Shown here in pieces: positions 44,508 to 54,303 of a stretch of DNA of 64,000 nt (positions are counted from its first letter, which is position 1; each line of letters begins with the position of its first letter). Below the pieces are notes generated by a model. That model did not search any database, was not told the DNA's origin, and worked only from the letters and a program-made list of their open reading frames with translations. The translations under genes were made by a program, and so were the position numbers. Source of the DNA: Bacillota bacterium (GTDB lineage Bacteria; Bacillota; Clostridia; Christensenellales; SZUA-584). The stretch lies in assembly GCA_023415795.1 (NCBI GenBank), contig JAEZJG010000021.1, forward strand, positions 28,876 through 92,875. Direction: 5' to 3'.

Positions 44508-45399
44508 CGGAAGCCTGACGGATATACCCGGTGTGCTGGCTGGGCACTATACCGACAATACGCACAAGACCGGCTGCACCGTGGTGCTGCTCAAGGGCGG
44601 CGCGGTAGCGGGTGTGGACGTGCGCGGCAGCGCCCCCGGCACGCGGGAGACGGATCTGCTGCGCCCCGGCAACGCGGTACAGCACGCACATGCGCTGCTG
44701 CTTAGCGGCGGCAGTGCCTTTGGGCTGGCTGCGGCAGACGGCGTCATGCGCTGGCTGGAGGAGCAGGGCGAGGGCTTCGACACCGGCTATGCGCGTGTCC
44801 CCATCGTACCCGCAGCGGTGCTGTATGATCTCGGCACAGGGAGTGCAACCGTGCGTCCCGATGCGGTGGCAGGCTATGCGGCATGTCAAAACGCAAACAA
44901 CAAGCTGGAATCCGGCGCTTACGGCGCGGGCACCGGCGCAACGGTTGGCAAGGCGGGCGACCCGCAGCACGTGGCTCGCGGTGGCTTCGGCACAGCGTCC
45001 ATCACATTGCCGGGCGGCGTTGTGGTCGCGGCGGCGTTCGCGGTCAACGCGTTCGGCGATGTGTACGACCACACCAGCGGCAAGAGAATCGCGGGTATGG
45101 CAGGCGGCTCTGTGCTGGAAGCGCTGATGTCGGCTCCCCCGCCGGATATGTCCGGCCGCAACACCACCATCGGCATCGTGGGCACCAACGCCGTGCTCAC
45201 CAAAGAACAGGCCAACAAGCTGGCCGCAATGGGGCAAGACGGCATCGCGATGGCTGTCCGCCCCGCGCACACCATGTTCGACGGTGATACTGTATTCGCC
45301 TTCGGAACGGGCACCGTTTCGGGTGAATTTACCGCGATACTCGCAGCGGGAGCAGAGGCAGCCGCACGCGCCATTGCCAATGCGGTTACAAACGTTTAG
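44500..45399 (+). CDS. P1-family (DmpA/S58-like) aminopeptidase
   Basis: About 300 aa. ITDIPGV..GH.TD....TGCTVV, GGSAFGL, NTTIGIV.TNA.L.K. Its ATG at 44500 overlaps the birA stop. Confidence 0.75.
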   Translation: MYSGSLTDIPGVLAGHYTDNTHKTGCTVVLLKGGAVAGVDVRGSAPGTRETDLLRPGNAVQHAHALLLSGGSAFGLAAADGVMRWLEEQGEGFDTGYARVPIVPAAVLYDLGTGSATVRPDAVAGYAACQNANNKLESGAYGAGTGATVGKAGDPQHVARGGFGTASITLPGGVVVAAAFAVNAFGDVYDHTSGKRIAGMAGGSVLEALMSAPPPDMSGRNTTIGIVGTNAVLTKEQANKLAAMGQDGIAMAVRPAHTMFDGDTVFAFGTGTVSGEFTAILAAGAEAAARAIANAVTNV

Positions 45400-45448
45400 T
45401 TATTATCCAGCATATTCTTAACGCCCTCCGGCGCGGAAGGAGACAACG

Positions 45449-46975
45449 ATGATACCTGTCGTACGTAAAAAACAGATGCAATCGCTGGACACCTACATGA
45501 TGGAACAGCTGCGCATACCCGCCCGTGTGCTGATGGAGAACGCGGCGTTTGGCATCACCGCTGCCATTTGGGAGCGTTTCGGCAAAACGAAGGTGCTGGC
45601 GCTGTGCGGCATGGGCAACAACGGCGGCGACGGCTTCGCGGCGGCGCGGCAGTTGGAGGCCAAGGGCTGCGAGGTGCGCGTCTGCCTGATCGGCAAGACC
45701 GATGGGCTTCAGGCAGAAGCGGCTGAGAACGCAGCGTATTTTGGTCCCCGTATATTCGAAATTGTCAGCGAGGGCACAGCAGAGGCTCTGCTGTCTGGCA
45801 TCTCAGATTTCGTGGTCATCGATGCACTTTTCGGCGTGGGTCTTAGCCGCGAGGCGGAGGGTTTGTATAAAAAGGTCATAGAACTGATTAACGCAAGCGG
45901 CGCATACATCGTTTCCTGCGATATCCCCTCCGGCATCGATGCGGATACCGGACTTGTGCTGGGCGCAGCGATACGTGCAAACGAAACCGTCACGTTCCAA
46001 TGCGCAAAGCCGGGGCACTTCCTATTTCCGGGGCGGGCTTATACCGGCAATCTTACCGTTAAGGAAATCGGCACCACGGGCGAATACAGCGTGGGCCAAA
46101 TCCGGGCGGCACTGGACGGCCTCAAACTGCTGCCGCGAGAGGCGGATACTCACAAGGGCAATTACGGCAAGCTGGCCTGTATCGCAGGCAGTCAGGGTTA
46201 CTCAGGCGCAGGGCTGCTGTGTGTTTGCGGCGCGCTGCGCGCGGGCGCGGGGTTGGTGACGGCGGGTATCCCCTCCGGTCTCCAGCAGGTGTTCTCATCC
46301 CGCGTACCCGAATGCATGACCTATGCGCTGGACGAGGACTCGGGGCATCTCTCCGAGCAGTGCCTTCCCGCGCTGGACAGGCTGCTGGCAGACAAGAACG
46401 CGCTGGCCGCCGGGCCGGGGCTGTCGCTCAGCAACGGAGCGGCTTTGGCGGTAGAACGCATGCTCACCCAGTACGACATCCGCAAAGTGTTCGATGCGGA
46501 CGCGCTGACGCTGATCGCGCAAAACAAGGAATGGCTGGCCGCCAAGCAAGGCGATGTTGTGCTGACACCGCATCTGGCTGAGTTCTCTCGGCTGTGCAAC
46601 CTGACCGTGGACGAGATCAAGAACGACCCTCTCACCTGTGCGCAGATATTCGCCAAGAAGTATGACGTAACGGTGCTGCTCAAGGGTGCGACAACGCTGG
46701 TCACCAACGGCGATAAAACGGTGTTCGTCACCGCAGGCACGCCCGGCATGGCGCGCGGCGGCAGCGGTGATGTGCTGACCGGCGTGATCGGCGGTCTGAT
46801 GTGCGGCGGCAACGCGCGCGGTATGAGCGCCTTCGCGGCGGCGGTATACGGTGCGTACATCTGCGGCAAGGCAGGCGAGGCAGCAGCGGAGGATCGCGGC
46901 ATACTGTCCATGACACCTGCGGACACGCTGGCCAACATACCGCTGATCACAAAGGATATGATGATTGAGCCATAA
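45449..46975 (+). CDS. nnr: Bifunctional NAD(P)H-hydrate repair enzyme Nnr (epimerase + ADP-dependent dehydratase)
   Basis: 508 aa. The YjeF_N part has GNNGGDG. The carbohydrate-kinase part has HKG.YG, GPGL and GSGDVLTG. Confidence 0.85.
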   Translation: MIPVVRKKQMQSLDTYMMEQLRIPARVLMENAAFGITAAIWERFGKTKVLALCGMGNNGGDGFAAARQLEAKGCEVRVCLIGKTDGLQAEAAENAAYFGPRIFEIVSEGTAEALLSGISDFVVIDALFGVGLSREAEGLYKKVIELINASGAYIVSCDIPSGIDADTGLVLGAAIRANETVTFQCAKPGHFLFPGRAYTGNLTVKEIGTTGEYSVGQIRAALDGLKLLPREADTHKGNYGKLACIAGSQGYSGAGLLCVCGALRAGAGLVTAGIPSGLQQVFSSRVPECMTYALDEDSGHLSEQCLPALDRLLADKNALAAGPGLSLSNGAALAVERMLTQYDIRKVFDADALTLIAQNKEWLAAKQGDVVLTPHLAEFSRLCNLTVDEIKNDPLTCAQIFAKKYDVTVLLKGATTLVTNGDKTVFVTAGTPGMARGGSGDVLTGVIGGLMCGGNARGMSAFAAAVYGAYICGKAGEAAAEDRGILSMTPADTLANIPLITKDMMIEP

Positions 46976-46998
46976 AACGAAAGGCTTATAGAAAGATA

Positions 46999-47047
46999 AA
47001 GTCCGATACACTTCAAAGATTCAGTTCTAAAGTGTACCGGACTTTTT
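46999..47047 (+). terminator. Intrinsic terminator after nnr (may also serve the convergent E2 gene)
   Basis: AAGTCCGaTACACTT-(16 nt)-AAGTGTAcCGGACTTTTT. Confidence 0.6.
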
Positions 47048-47069
47048 ATCATTGAGCATTTCAACTGTC

Positions 47070-48266
47070 TTAAGACTTCGTACTCCACTCGTTATCCACA
47101 TCCGCCAGCAGCAGCGGGCTCTCCAGCAGATGCGCGATGCGGGCAGCGAACACCGCCGCCTGCGCGCCGTCAACGCTCCGGTGATCGTACGTGAGGCACA
47201 GCGGCAGCTTCAGCCGTTTTGTGACACGCCCCTCATCGTCCATCTCCAGCCGCTGTTCCACGGCGCATACACCCAGTATCGCGCTCTCCGGTTCGTTGAT
47301 GATCGGCGTGAATGACGCGACACCCAGCATCCCCAGATTGCTGACCGTGAAAGTGCCGCCTGTGCAGTCGTCCGGCAGCAAATGCCCTTTCTCCGCTTTG
47401 TCCCGCAGCGCCTTAGCCGCTGCCGATACCTCCCTCAGGGTCAGCGCGTCCGCGTCGCGTATCACCGGCACCACCAAACCATCGGGCAGCGCAACTGCCA
47501 TACCGATGTTCACATGCTTCTTGAGCAGCAGCCCCGCGTCGGTATATGACGCGTTGATGCGCGGCTGCTCCCGCAGTGCCTGTGCTGCCGCCGCCAACAC
47601 AAAATCGTTGACGGTGACGCGTATGCCGCCCGCCGCGTTGATACGCTCGCGCAAAGCCAACAGCTCTGAGACATCCGCTATCGTCGTCTGCGTCACCTGC
47701 GGCACATGCTGCCAGCTGGACAGCGTCCGCTGTGCGATCACCCGGCGCATCGCGCTGTGCGGCACCAGCTCCGCCTCCTCCGGCGCGAACGATATAACGT
47801 TTGCCGGTGCCACATCCGCCGCCTTGATCTGACCAAAGCTGCCCGAAGGCGCTATATCCGACAGCGATAAGCCGCGTTCCTTCGCCAGACGCTTTGCCGC
47901 CGGCGTTGCGGGAATGCGTTCACCCGCCTGCCGTGCCATCACCATAGGCTCGGCAGACCTGTGGTGCTTCGCCGCCACCTTCATCGCAGCCAGAGCGGCG
48001 GCGATCTCCGTTTCCGGCACCGATTCCCCCGCTGCGCCGATGAACCCGATCGTCCGCACCACGGGAACCTCATCGCCCTCGCGCGCCAAAGCATGCAATA
48101 GCACACCGGAGTTCATCGCTTCCACTTCCATATTGACCTTATCCGTCTCGATCTCCAGCAGCGGCTCACCCTGCTCCACGCGCTCTCCCACGTTTTTCAG
48201 CCATTTGATGACCTTGCCGGTTTCCATCGCCATGCCCGCCTTGGGCATAATCACCGCATATGCCAT
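47070..48266 (-). CDS. Dihydrolipoamide acyltransferase (E2) of a 2-oxoacid/acetoin dehydrogenase complex
   Basis: 398 aa. Lipoyl domain (IETDKVNMEVEA), peripheral subunit-binding domain (TPAAKRLAKERGL) and catalytic DHRSVDG. Confidence 0.85.
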   Translation of the reverse strand: MAYAVIMPKAGMAMETGKVIKWLKNVGERVEQGEPLLEIETDKVNMEVEAMNSGVLLHALAREGDEVPVVRTIGFIGAAGESVPETEIAAALAAMKVAAKHHRSAEPMVMARQAGERIPATPAAKRLAKERGLSLSDIAPSGSFGQIKAADVAPANVISFAPEEAELVPHSAMRRVIAQRTLSSWQHVPQVTQTTIADVSELLALRERINAAGGIRVTVNDFVLAAAAQALREQPRINASYTDAGLLLKKHVNIGMAVALPDGLVVPVIRDADALTLREVSAAAKALRDKAEKGHLLPDDCTGGTFTVSNLGMLGVASFTPIINEPESAILGVCAVEQRLEMDDEGRVTKRLKLPLCLTYDHRSVDGAQAAVFAARIAHLLESPLLLADVDNEWSTKS

Positions 48267-48278
48267 ACTGCCCCCTCT

Positions 48279-49262
48279 TTAGCCTCGCACCAGCTCGACA
48301 ACCTTTTTGACAACGTTGTCATGAATGGGCACCACATGCTTCTCCAGTTCGGGGCAATAGGGTATCGGCACATCCAGCCCGCCATAGCGCCGAATGGGCG
48401 CGTCCAGATAGTAGAACGCCTCGCTGTCCGCAATCACCGCTGCCAGCTCGCCGCCGAAGCCGCCCGTCTGACACGCCTCGTGCACGATCAGCACACGCCC
48501 AGTCTTTTTCACCGACGCAATCAGTGTCTCCTTGTCCAGCGGCACCAGCGTGCGCGGGTCCACCACCTCCACGCTGATCCCATGCTCCCGCGACAGCACC
48601 TCCGCCGCGTCCATGCACATCGGCAGCATGCGCCCGTAGGTGATGAGCGTCACGTCCGTGCCTTCCCGGTGTACCGCCGCTTTGCCGAGCGGCACCACAT
48701 ATTCGCCCTCCGGCACATCGCCCTTGGTGCGATACAGCAGCTTCTGTTCCAGGAACAGCACCGGGTTGTCGTCGCGGATGGCCGCAGTCAGCAGCCCCTT
48801 GGCGTCCGCCGGCGTAGAGGGTATCACCACCTTCAGCCCCGGTGCGTTGCAAAACCACGCCTCCGGGCTTTGGCTGTGCTGCGCCGCCGCACCCGTTCCC
48901 GAACCGGCGGGCGCACGCACCACCAGCGGCACCTTCGCCATGCCGCCAAACATATAGCGCATCTTCGCCGCCTGATTAATCAGCTGATCCATCGCAATCG
49001 TCAAGAAATCGCTGAACATGATCTCCGCAATGGGGCGCATGCCTGTCACCGCCGCACCCGCCGCCGCGCCCGCAATTGCCGCCTCGGATATGGGCGTATC
49101 TTTCACACGCTGCTCGCCAAACTCCTCCAGCATGCCGGCGGATACGCCGAACGCGCCGCCGTAGCACCCCACGTCCTCACCCATCAAAAATACGTCTTCA
49201 TCACGGCGCATCTCCAGCGTCATCGCTTCCCGGATCGCCTGTGCATATGTCAACTCTCTCAT
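48279..49262 (-). CDS. 2-oxoacid/acetoin dehydrogenase E1 beta subunit
   Basis: [24 protein letters not shown]. Transketolase-like Pyr and C-terminal domains. The probable ATG is at 49262. Confidence 0.9.
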   Translation of the reverse strand: MRELTYAQAIREAMTLEMRRDEDVFLMGEDVGCYGGAFGVSAGMLEEFGEQRVKDTPISEAAIAGAAAGAAVTGMRPIAEIMFSDFLTIAMDQLINQAAKMRYMFGGMAKVPLVVRAPAGSGTGAAAQHSQSPEAWFCNAPGLKVVIPSTPADAKGLLTAAIRDDNPVLFLEQKLLYRTKGDVPEGEYVVPLGKAAVHREGTDVTLITYGRMLPMCMDAAEVLSREHGISVEVVDPRTLVPLDKETLIASVKKTGRVLIVHEACQTGGFGGELAAVIADSEAFYYLDAPIRRYGGLDVPIPYCPELEKHVVPIHDNVVKKVVELVRG

Positions 49263-49278
49263 TGCTTTGTCCCCCTGT

Positions 49279-50238
49279 TCACGCGTACACATCGTCCAGT
49301 ATTGTGTCTATGGACGGATAAGGGCAGCTCTGTGCGTATGCCACCGCGTCCTCTACCGTCTGCCGCGCGTTCTTCTCCATTCCCTCCAGCTCATCGGCGG
49401 AATACAGCGCCTTATCCAGCAGATAAGCCTTCATCCGCTTGATCGGGTCCTTTTGCTTCCACTCCTCAATCTCTTCTTTAGTGCGATACACGTTCGCGTC
49501 GCTCTTCGAGTGTCCGAGATAGCGATAGGTGTCACACACCAGCAGCATGGGGCCATTCTTGCGCACATACTCGCGCGCCTTCTTGGCCTCGTCATACACC
49601 TGCACCGCATCGTTGCCGTCTATTGTCTTGCCCTTGATGCCATAGCTGTGTGCACGCACCGCAATGTCGCTCACGCCCATCGAGCGGCTGCAATGCGTGG
49701 ACATGCCATACTTATTGTCCTCACAAACGAAAAGCACGGGCAGCTTCCACACGGACGCCAGATTGAGCGACTCGTGAAACGTGCCCTGATTGGTTGCGCC
49801 ATCGCCGAAGAACGCCACCACAATGCGGTCGATACCTTTCATCTGCGTGGTAAGCGCCGCGCCCACAGCCAGCGGTATGCCGCCGCCCACCACGCCGTTT
49901 GCACCCAGATTGCCGCTGGCGATGTCCGCGATGTGCATGGAACCGCCCTTGCCCTTGCAGTAGCCCGCTTCCTTGCCCAAAAACTCCGCCATCATGCGGT
50001 TGATATTAATCCCCTTGGATATACACTGTCCGTGTCCGCGGTGTGTGCTGGCGATAATGTCCTGCTCCGCCAGAGCGCAGCACACGCCTGCCGCCGTCGC
50101 TTCCTCTCCCACGTACAGGTGCGTCGTGCCATGCACCATGCCCGTCGAGAACAGATATGCCACCTTTTCCTCAAAGCTGCGTGTAAGCAGCATCTTTTCA
50201 TACATCTCCCGCAGCTTCCTTTTGCCTGCAACTGCCAT
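49279..50238 (-). CDS. 2-oxoacid/acetoin dehydrogenase E1 alpha subunit (TPP-dependent)
   Basis: 319 aa. [15 protein letters not shown], and the TPP motif GDGATNQG...NN. The ATG follows AAAGGAAGG. Confidence 0.9.
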   Translation of the reverse strand: MAVAGKRKLREMYEKMLLTRSFEEKVAYLFSTGMVHGTTHLYVGEEATAAGVCCALAEQDIIASTHRGHGQCISKGININRMMAEFLGKEAGYCKGKGGSMHIADIASGNLGANGVVGGGIPLAVGAALTTQMKGIDRIVVAFFGDGATNQGTFHESLNLASVWKLPVLFVCEDNKYGMSTHCSRSMGVSDIAVRAHSYGIKGKTIDGNDAVQVYDEAKKAREYVRKNGPMLLVCDTYRYLGHSKSDANVYRTKEEIEEWKQKDPIKRMKAYLLDKALYSADELEGMEKNARQTVEDAVAYAQSCPYPSIDTILDDVYA

Positions 50239-50420
50239 GCTTAACCTTCCTTTAAATCAAATCATTCTCTCGCCGCATTGTTTGCTTAATGTCTTTATCC
50301 CTATCCAACAAAACGCGTTTGCTGACATTATTCTTGTCCGCAGCCACGCATTATACAGGTGATTTTTCCGCTCTTTTGCAGCGCATCATTCTTTTTCGAT
50401 CATTCTACCATAGATAAAAT

Positions 50421-50449
50421 GATAACGCGATAAAAATTTATCGTTATTC
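50421..50449. promoter_or_regulatory. Inverted repeat (possible operator) in the E1alpha/prsA divergent intergenic region
   Basis: A perfect core, CGATAAA-AA-TTTATCG (50428-50443), with flanking GATAA/TTATTC extensions. Confidence 0.3.
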
Positions 50450-50504
50450 ATTAATTGTCTACATTTTTTAGCCTCCCTTTTTTAAGCTTATTGTATCAAA
50501 TCAT

Positions 50505-50534
50505 TTGTCAATCCTTTGCCGCTTGGTGTATAAT
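50505..50534 (+). promoter_or_regulatory. Candidate prsA promoter (TTGTCA-N18-TATAAT)
   Basis: TTGTCA at 50505-50510 and TATAAT at 50529-50534. Confidence 0.5.
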
Positions 50535-50578
50535 TGCTTGAGCTAAAGAAGAAGATTGTTAATTGAAGGAGAACCCAT

Positions 50579-51814
50579 ATGACGAAAAGACGCATCGCCG
50601 CGTTTGGCCTTTCCCTGCTGCTGCTGTTTTCCGGCGGCTGCAGCCTGGTCGATATCGACGAAGAAAAAGCGGCGGAGATTGAAAACAATAAAACGATCGT
50701 TGAATACAACGGTCAGCTCATCACCAAAGGCGAAGTGACGCTGGAGATGACACGCAACGCCGCCTCAATGGGCACCACCATTGACGCATTGAAAAGCAAT
50801 GAGGAAACTTGGGCTGGCTACCGTGATTATTTTGTCAAAAAGGTTGCCATAGACCGCATCGCGCTGGACAAGGCAAAGGAACTGGGTCTGGATACGCTGA
50901 CGGAAGAGGAAACAAAGACAATTACCGATACTTACGATTCCGTCATGTCCACACTGGATTCCTTTATTGCCCCCAGTGTACAGGCAGCAGTGGATGCAGA
51001 TTCGTCCCTGAACTACGACGAGGAGTATAAGAGACAGCTGAAGCTTTATTTAAACAGCATCGGCTACGACCCGGATACCTACCGTGAAACGCTGGAAAAT
51101 GAGCTTATTGTCGGCAAGGTGCGGGATCACTTCCTCAAGGATATCAGCGTGACGGACGAGGAGGTTCAAACCTACTACGATACACAGGTCAGCATACAGC
51201 AGAACAATCTTGAGATCTCTCCGGATAGCTTTGCATGGCAGCAGTCCCTTGGTTCCACCATCATGTACTATCCGGATGGTTACAAAAAAGTCCGTCACAT
51301 CCTTGTGCAATTTGATGAGGAAACGCGCAGCAAGGCCTTGGAGGCTTACTCTGAGGAGGATAAGACGGAGTATAATAAGATACTCGAAGCTGCAGTCGCC
51401 ACAATACAGCCCACCATCGATGAAATTGTTGCAAAGATGGAAGCAGGAGACGACTTCGCCACGTTGATTGATGAGTACAATAAGGATTCGTCAATGTCGA
51501 TTGAACCCACGCGCACCGAAGGCAAGGTGGTAGGTCCGCAGTCCACCGACATCACGACGCCAGGATATCTGGACGCAGTGGCAGCGCTGGCAGATCCCGG
51601 CAGCTACAAGGTGCTCAACACCTACTCCGGCTGCTACATCATTCGCTGCGACAAGCTCATGGCAGGCGCAGTCCCGTTTGATGATTTGAAGGATTCTATC
51701 AAAAACACACTGCTTTCCACAGCGCAGGAAAACGAATGGGGCACTGTCTCGGATGGTTGGATCGAAGATGCCAAGTCAACCGGCAAGCTTAAACTGTATC
51801 CGGACAGATTCTAA
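50579..51814 (+). CDS. PrsA/SurA-like peptidylprolyl isomerase lipoprotein
   Basis: 411 aa. Lipobox LLFSGGC, SurA_N-like helical region and a parvulin-like core (VRHILV...). GGAG SD. Confidence 0.7.
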   Translation: MTKRRIAAFGLSLLLLFSGGCSLVDIDEEKAAEIENNKTIVEYNGQLITKGEVTLEMTRNAASMGTTIDALKSNEETWAGYRDYFVKKVAIDRIALDKAKELGLDTLTEEETKTITDTYDSVMSTLDSFIAPSVQAAVDADSSLNYDEEYKRQLKLYLNSIGYDPDTYRETLENELIVGKVRDHFLKDISVTDEEVQTYYDTQVSIQQNNLEISPDSFAWQQSLGSTIMYYPDGYKKVRHILVQFDEETRSKALEAYSEEDKTEYNKILEAAVATIQPTIDEIVAKMEAGDDFATLIDEYNKDSSMSIEPTRTEGKVVGPQSTDITTPGYLDAVAALADPGSYKVLNTYSGCYIIRCDKLMAGAVPFDDLKDSIKNTLLSTAQENEWGTVSDGWIEDAKSTGKLKLYPDRF

Positions 51815-51827
51815 AACAGACACAAAC

Positions 51828-51861
51828 AAAAGCGCCTTCCCATCGCGGAGAGGCGCTTTTT
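51828..51861. terminator. Bidirectional intrinsic terminator between prsA and the ADP-ribosylglycohydrolase gene
   Basis: AAAAGCGCCTtcccatcgcggagAGGCGCTTTTT. Confidence 0.65.
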
Positions 51862-51885
51862 GATTGCAATATTTTTAGATCATAC

Positions 51886-52800
51886 TTATGACTGATTTAC
51901 CTCAGGCAGCTCGGGCAGACGCTTCACAACAGCCAGCCATTCCGGCGGCAGACACCCCATGCCGTCTCGCGCTCCTAATATCGCCCCCGCAATCATGCCA
52001 CGCGTTGCCGAATCGCCGCCGATACGCGTGTTCAGCGACATCACTGCACGGTAGTCCGTCGAAGTCAACAGCAGCGCAAATATCACAGGTATGGCATGAT
52101 GAGCGTGGCAGCTTTGACCCAGTACCGCTGCAATATCTTCGGCCGCTTTTCCGGATACCGCTTCCGCTGCCGCAAGGTATCCCTCCAGCAGTGTCGTATC
52201 CTTCCCCGCATGCTTCATATCGTACAGACACACCCGCAGTGCTTCGGGGACGGGCGATGCGTCACCTTCCAGCATCCTTATTGTCAATCGCGCAAACAAC
52301 TCGGTCGCCAGCAGCGAGGGTCCGCTGTTGTGCGTGATTCGGCTTTGGCAGACTGCCTTCTCCACAGCTTTTTGCGGGTCTTCCGTCCAGTACAGCATCG
52401 GCGCGATACGCGCAGCTCCGCCCAGCTCGTCCGACTGAGAGCCTGTCAGGTTCCCTTCCTCAAACGCCTTAAGAGAATCCTTGCTGGCCATGTCCATATG
52501 TCCGGTATAGCTTCTCATGTAGTGCCGCCACGCACCGCGAAAGCTGTCATCCGTATAACGCCCTTGCCACTCCTTCATATGGTTATACAGAAGCAGTGCC
52601 TGATCGCCGTAATGTGTGTAGTCGCCCAGATGCTTGCCCTCGTGCCAGCCTCCGGGCAACGGTTCATGCGGCGCATCGTATTCGCCAAAGCGCGCCTTGA
52701 TCACCTTAACGTTATATATCCAGTGGGCTCCCAGCACAAAGGCATCCGCCAAAAAGCTGCCTAGCAGCATCGCTTGCTTTCTTTCTTCACGCTCTGCCAT
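51886..52800 (-). CDS. ADP-ribosylglycohydrolase-family protein
   Basis: About 304 aa. GSFLADAF.LG.HWIY, the central D/T metal-ligand regions, and GGDSATRG near the C-terminus. The ATG at 52800 lies 8 nt after AAAGGAG. Confidence 0.75.
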   Translation of the reverse strand: MAEREERKQAMLLGSFLADAFVLGAHWIYNVKVIKARFGEYDAPHEPLPGGWHEGKHLGDYTHYGDQALLLYNHMKEWQGRYTDDSFRGAWRHYMRSYTGHMDMASKDSLKAFEEGNLTGSQSDELGGAARIAPMLYWTEDPQKAVEKAVCQSRITHNSGPSLLATELFARLTIRMLEGDASPVPEALRVCLYDMKHAGKDTTLLEGYLAAAEAVSGKAAEDIAAVLGQSCHAHHAIPVIFALLLTSTDYRAVMSLNTRIGGDSATRGMIAGAILGARDGMGCLPPEWLAVVKRLPELPEVNQS

Positions 52801-52921
52801 AAGCTCCACTCCTTTCCATCCATCTTAGCATCACTATAGCATACTTACGTTTGTTCCGTATATATAATACTTTTCAACATTAATTAAGATTTTTTACATA
52901 ATACCATACACAAATGGAAAC

Positions 52922-52951
52922 TTGACAATGTGCGGCAACATCCCCTATCAT
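52922..52951 (+). promoter_or_regulatory. Candidate GNAT gene promoter (TTGACA-N18-TATCAT)
   Basis: TTGACA at 52922-52927 and TATCAT at 52946-52951. Confidence 0.4.
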
Positions 52952-52985
52952 CGTATACAATTATGAATGAAATCAGGTGCCTTAT

Positions 52986-53537
52986 ATGGACAAAGCACAT
53001 GAAGCCGCTCAAAAACGCCATAACATCAGCGGTCTTTGCATAAGGGCTGCGGCAGAAGCTGATTTGCCCGCCATCGCTGCCATCATGAACCACTATCGCC
53101 AGCATACCAATCACATCTGGGATCGCACTGCCGTCTCACAAGACGACGCGAGGCTGTGGCTGGATGAGCATCTGCAGCCGCCATATACTGCCATTGTTGC
53201 GGAACTGAGCGGCAGCTTGGCAGGATACGCTTCTTTATCACAGTTTCGCTCATTTCGTGGCTACGACGTCACGGCAGAGAACAGCATTTACCTTGCGCCT
53301 GGCATGGAGGGGCGCGGCATAGGCGCGGCATTGATGAAAGAACTGCTGCTGCACGCTCGCCAAAACGGTCTCAAGGCTGTTACAGCATGGATCGACAGCA
53401 ACAATACAAACTCAGTTTGCTTTCACGAGAAGTTTGGCTTTCGCTACTGCGGCGTCATGGAGCGCGTGGGCATTCTGGACGGCCAGCTCACCAGCGTCAT
53501 CATCATGGTATTAAATATCGGTGACTCCGAAGAATAA
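52986..53537 (+). CDS. GNAT-family N-acetyltransferase (phosphinothricin-acetyltransferase-like)
   Basis: IRAAAEADLPAIAAI.N.Y......W, and the acetyl-CoA motif GRGIGAALMKELL. Confidence 0.8.
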   Translation: MDKAHEAAQKRHNISGLCIRAAAEADLPAIAAIMNHYRQHTNHIWDRTAVSQDDARLWLDEHLQPPYTAIVAELSGSLAGYASLSQFRSFRGYDVTAENSIYLAPGMEGRGIGAALMKELLLHARQNGLKAVTAWIDSNNTNSVCFHEKFGFRYCGVMERVGILDGQLTSVIIMVLNIGDSEE

Positions 53538-53597
53538 TCAACGCTGTTCCCACGGCAAATTGTTCGTTTATTGCCCTCATTCCGCTCACTGACTCTT

Positions 53598-53626
53598 GCG
53601 CGCCATTACTGGTTAGGCGCTTTTTT
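53598..53626 (+). terminator. Weak intrinsic terminator after the GNAT gene
   Basis: GCGCC-attactggtta-GGCGC followed by TTTTTT. Confidence 0.45.
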
Positions 53627-53629
53627 ATT

Positions 53630-53667
53630 ATCGGAATAACCGATTGTTTTACTCTTACTATTCCGAT
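53630..53667. promoter_or_regulatory. Inverted repeat ATCGGAATA ... TATTCCGAT upstream of the ykoE-like promoter
   Basis: Arms lie at 53630-53638 and 53659-53667. Arm 1 is itself part of the palindrome ATCGGaataaCCGAT. Confidence 0.3.
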
Positions 53668-53694
53668 TATCGTATGCATCGGGTCAACTCGCAA

Positions 53695-53703
53695 TGCTAT
53701 AAT
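53695..53703 (+). promoter_or_regulatory. Extended -10 promoter element (TGcTATAAT) for the ECF operon
   Basis: TG at 53695-96 and TATAAT at 53698-53703, about 40 nt before the ATG at 53742. Confidence 0.4.
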
Positions 53704-53741
53704 TGATTGAAATAATATAGACATGAAGGTGAGGTATCATT

Positions 53742-54296
53742 ATGATCAAATGGAAAACCCGCGAAGTCGTCATTATTGCTATCGTTGCTGCGGTCATCGG
53801 TGCCGTATACACGCTCATGGATTATGCCTACGCACCCCTCGCAGCGCTCCTGGGTCCAATCTTCATGGAGCTGACTTTCGGCATCTACCTGCTGTCTGCC
53901 GCACTGCCCGCATTCATTGTCCGTAAGCCCGGTTTTGCGCTGTTCGGCGCGCTGGTGACGGCGGGAGTCAACATTCTTCTGGGTAGCCCTTACGGCATAC
54001 AAATCGTTCTGGCGGGTACACTTCAGGCGCTGGGCATCGAAATCGCTTATGCGCTTTGGAAATATAGACCCAACCTGCTTTGCCTCATAGTCGGTGGTAT
54101 ACTGGCAGGCTGCTTCGTTTTCGTGCGCGACTACATCGTGTTCGGTTACTCCACGTTATCCGCCGGGGTGATCATCGCGATGCTGGCTGTCCGTTTTGTC
54201 AGCGCAGCCGTTATCGGAGTGCTGTTGGTCAAAGTCATCCGTGCCGGTCTCAAAAAAGCCGGTGTTATGAAGAACTTCAAGCCCATCGACGCATAG
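53742..54296 (+). CDS. ykoE: ECF transporter S component, YkoE family
   Basis: 184 aa. Aligns by eye with B. subtilis YkoE (W.T.EVV..A....I...Y......GP......G......A....RKPG.AL......A.VN.LLG.P.G......LQ.LG.E). Confidence 0.75.
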   Translation: MIKWKTREVVIIAIVAAVIGAVYTLMDYAYAPLAALLGPIFMELTFGIYLLSAALPAFIVRKPGFALFGALVTAGVNILLGSPYGIQIVLAGTLQALGIEIAYALWKYRPNLLCLIVGGILAGCFVFVRDYIVFGYSTLSAGVIIAMLAVRFVSAAVIGVLLVKVIRAGLKKAGVMKNFKPIDA

Positions 54297-54303
54297 CCAA
54301 GAC

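Noticed and set aside
53538-53741. The TPP (THI-box) riboswitch expected upstream of a ykoE-type operon.
   Set aside because: No CTGAGA element and no conserved pyrimidine-sensor helix sequence is present. The interval is taken up by a terminator, a DNA palindrome and a promoter only about 40 nt from the start codon.
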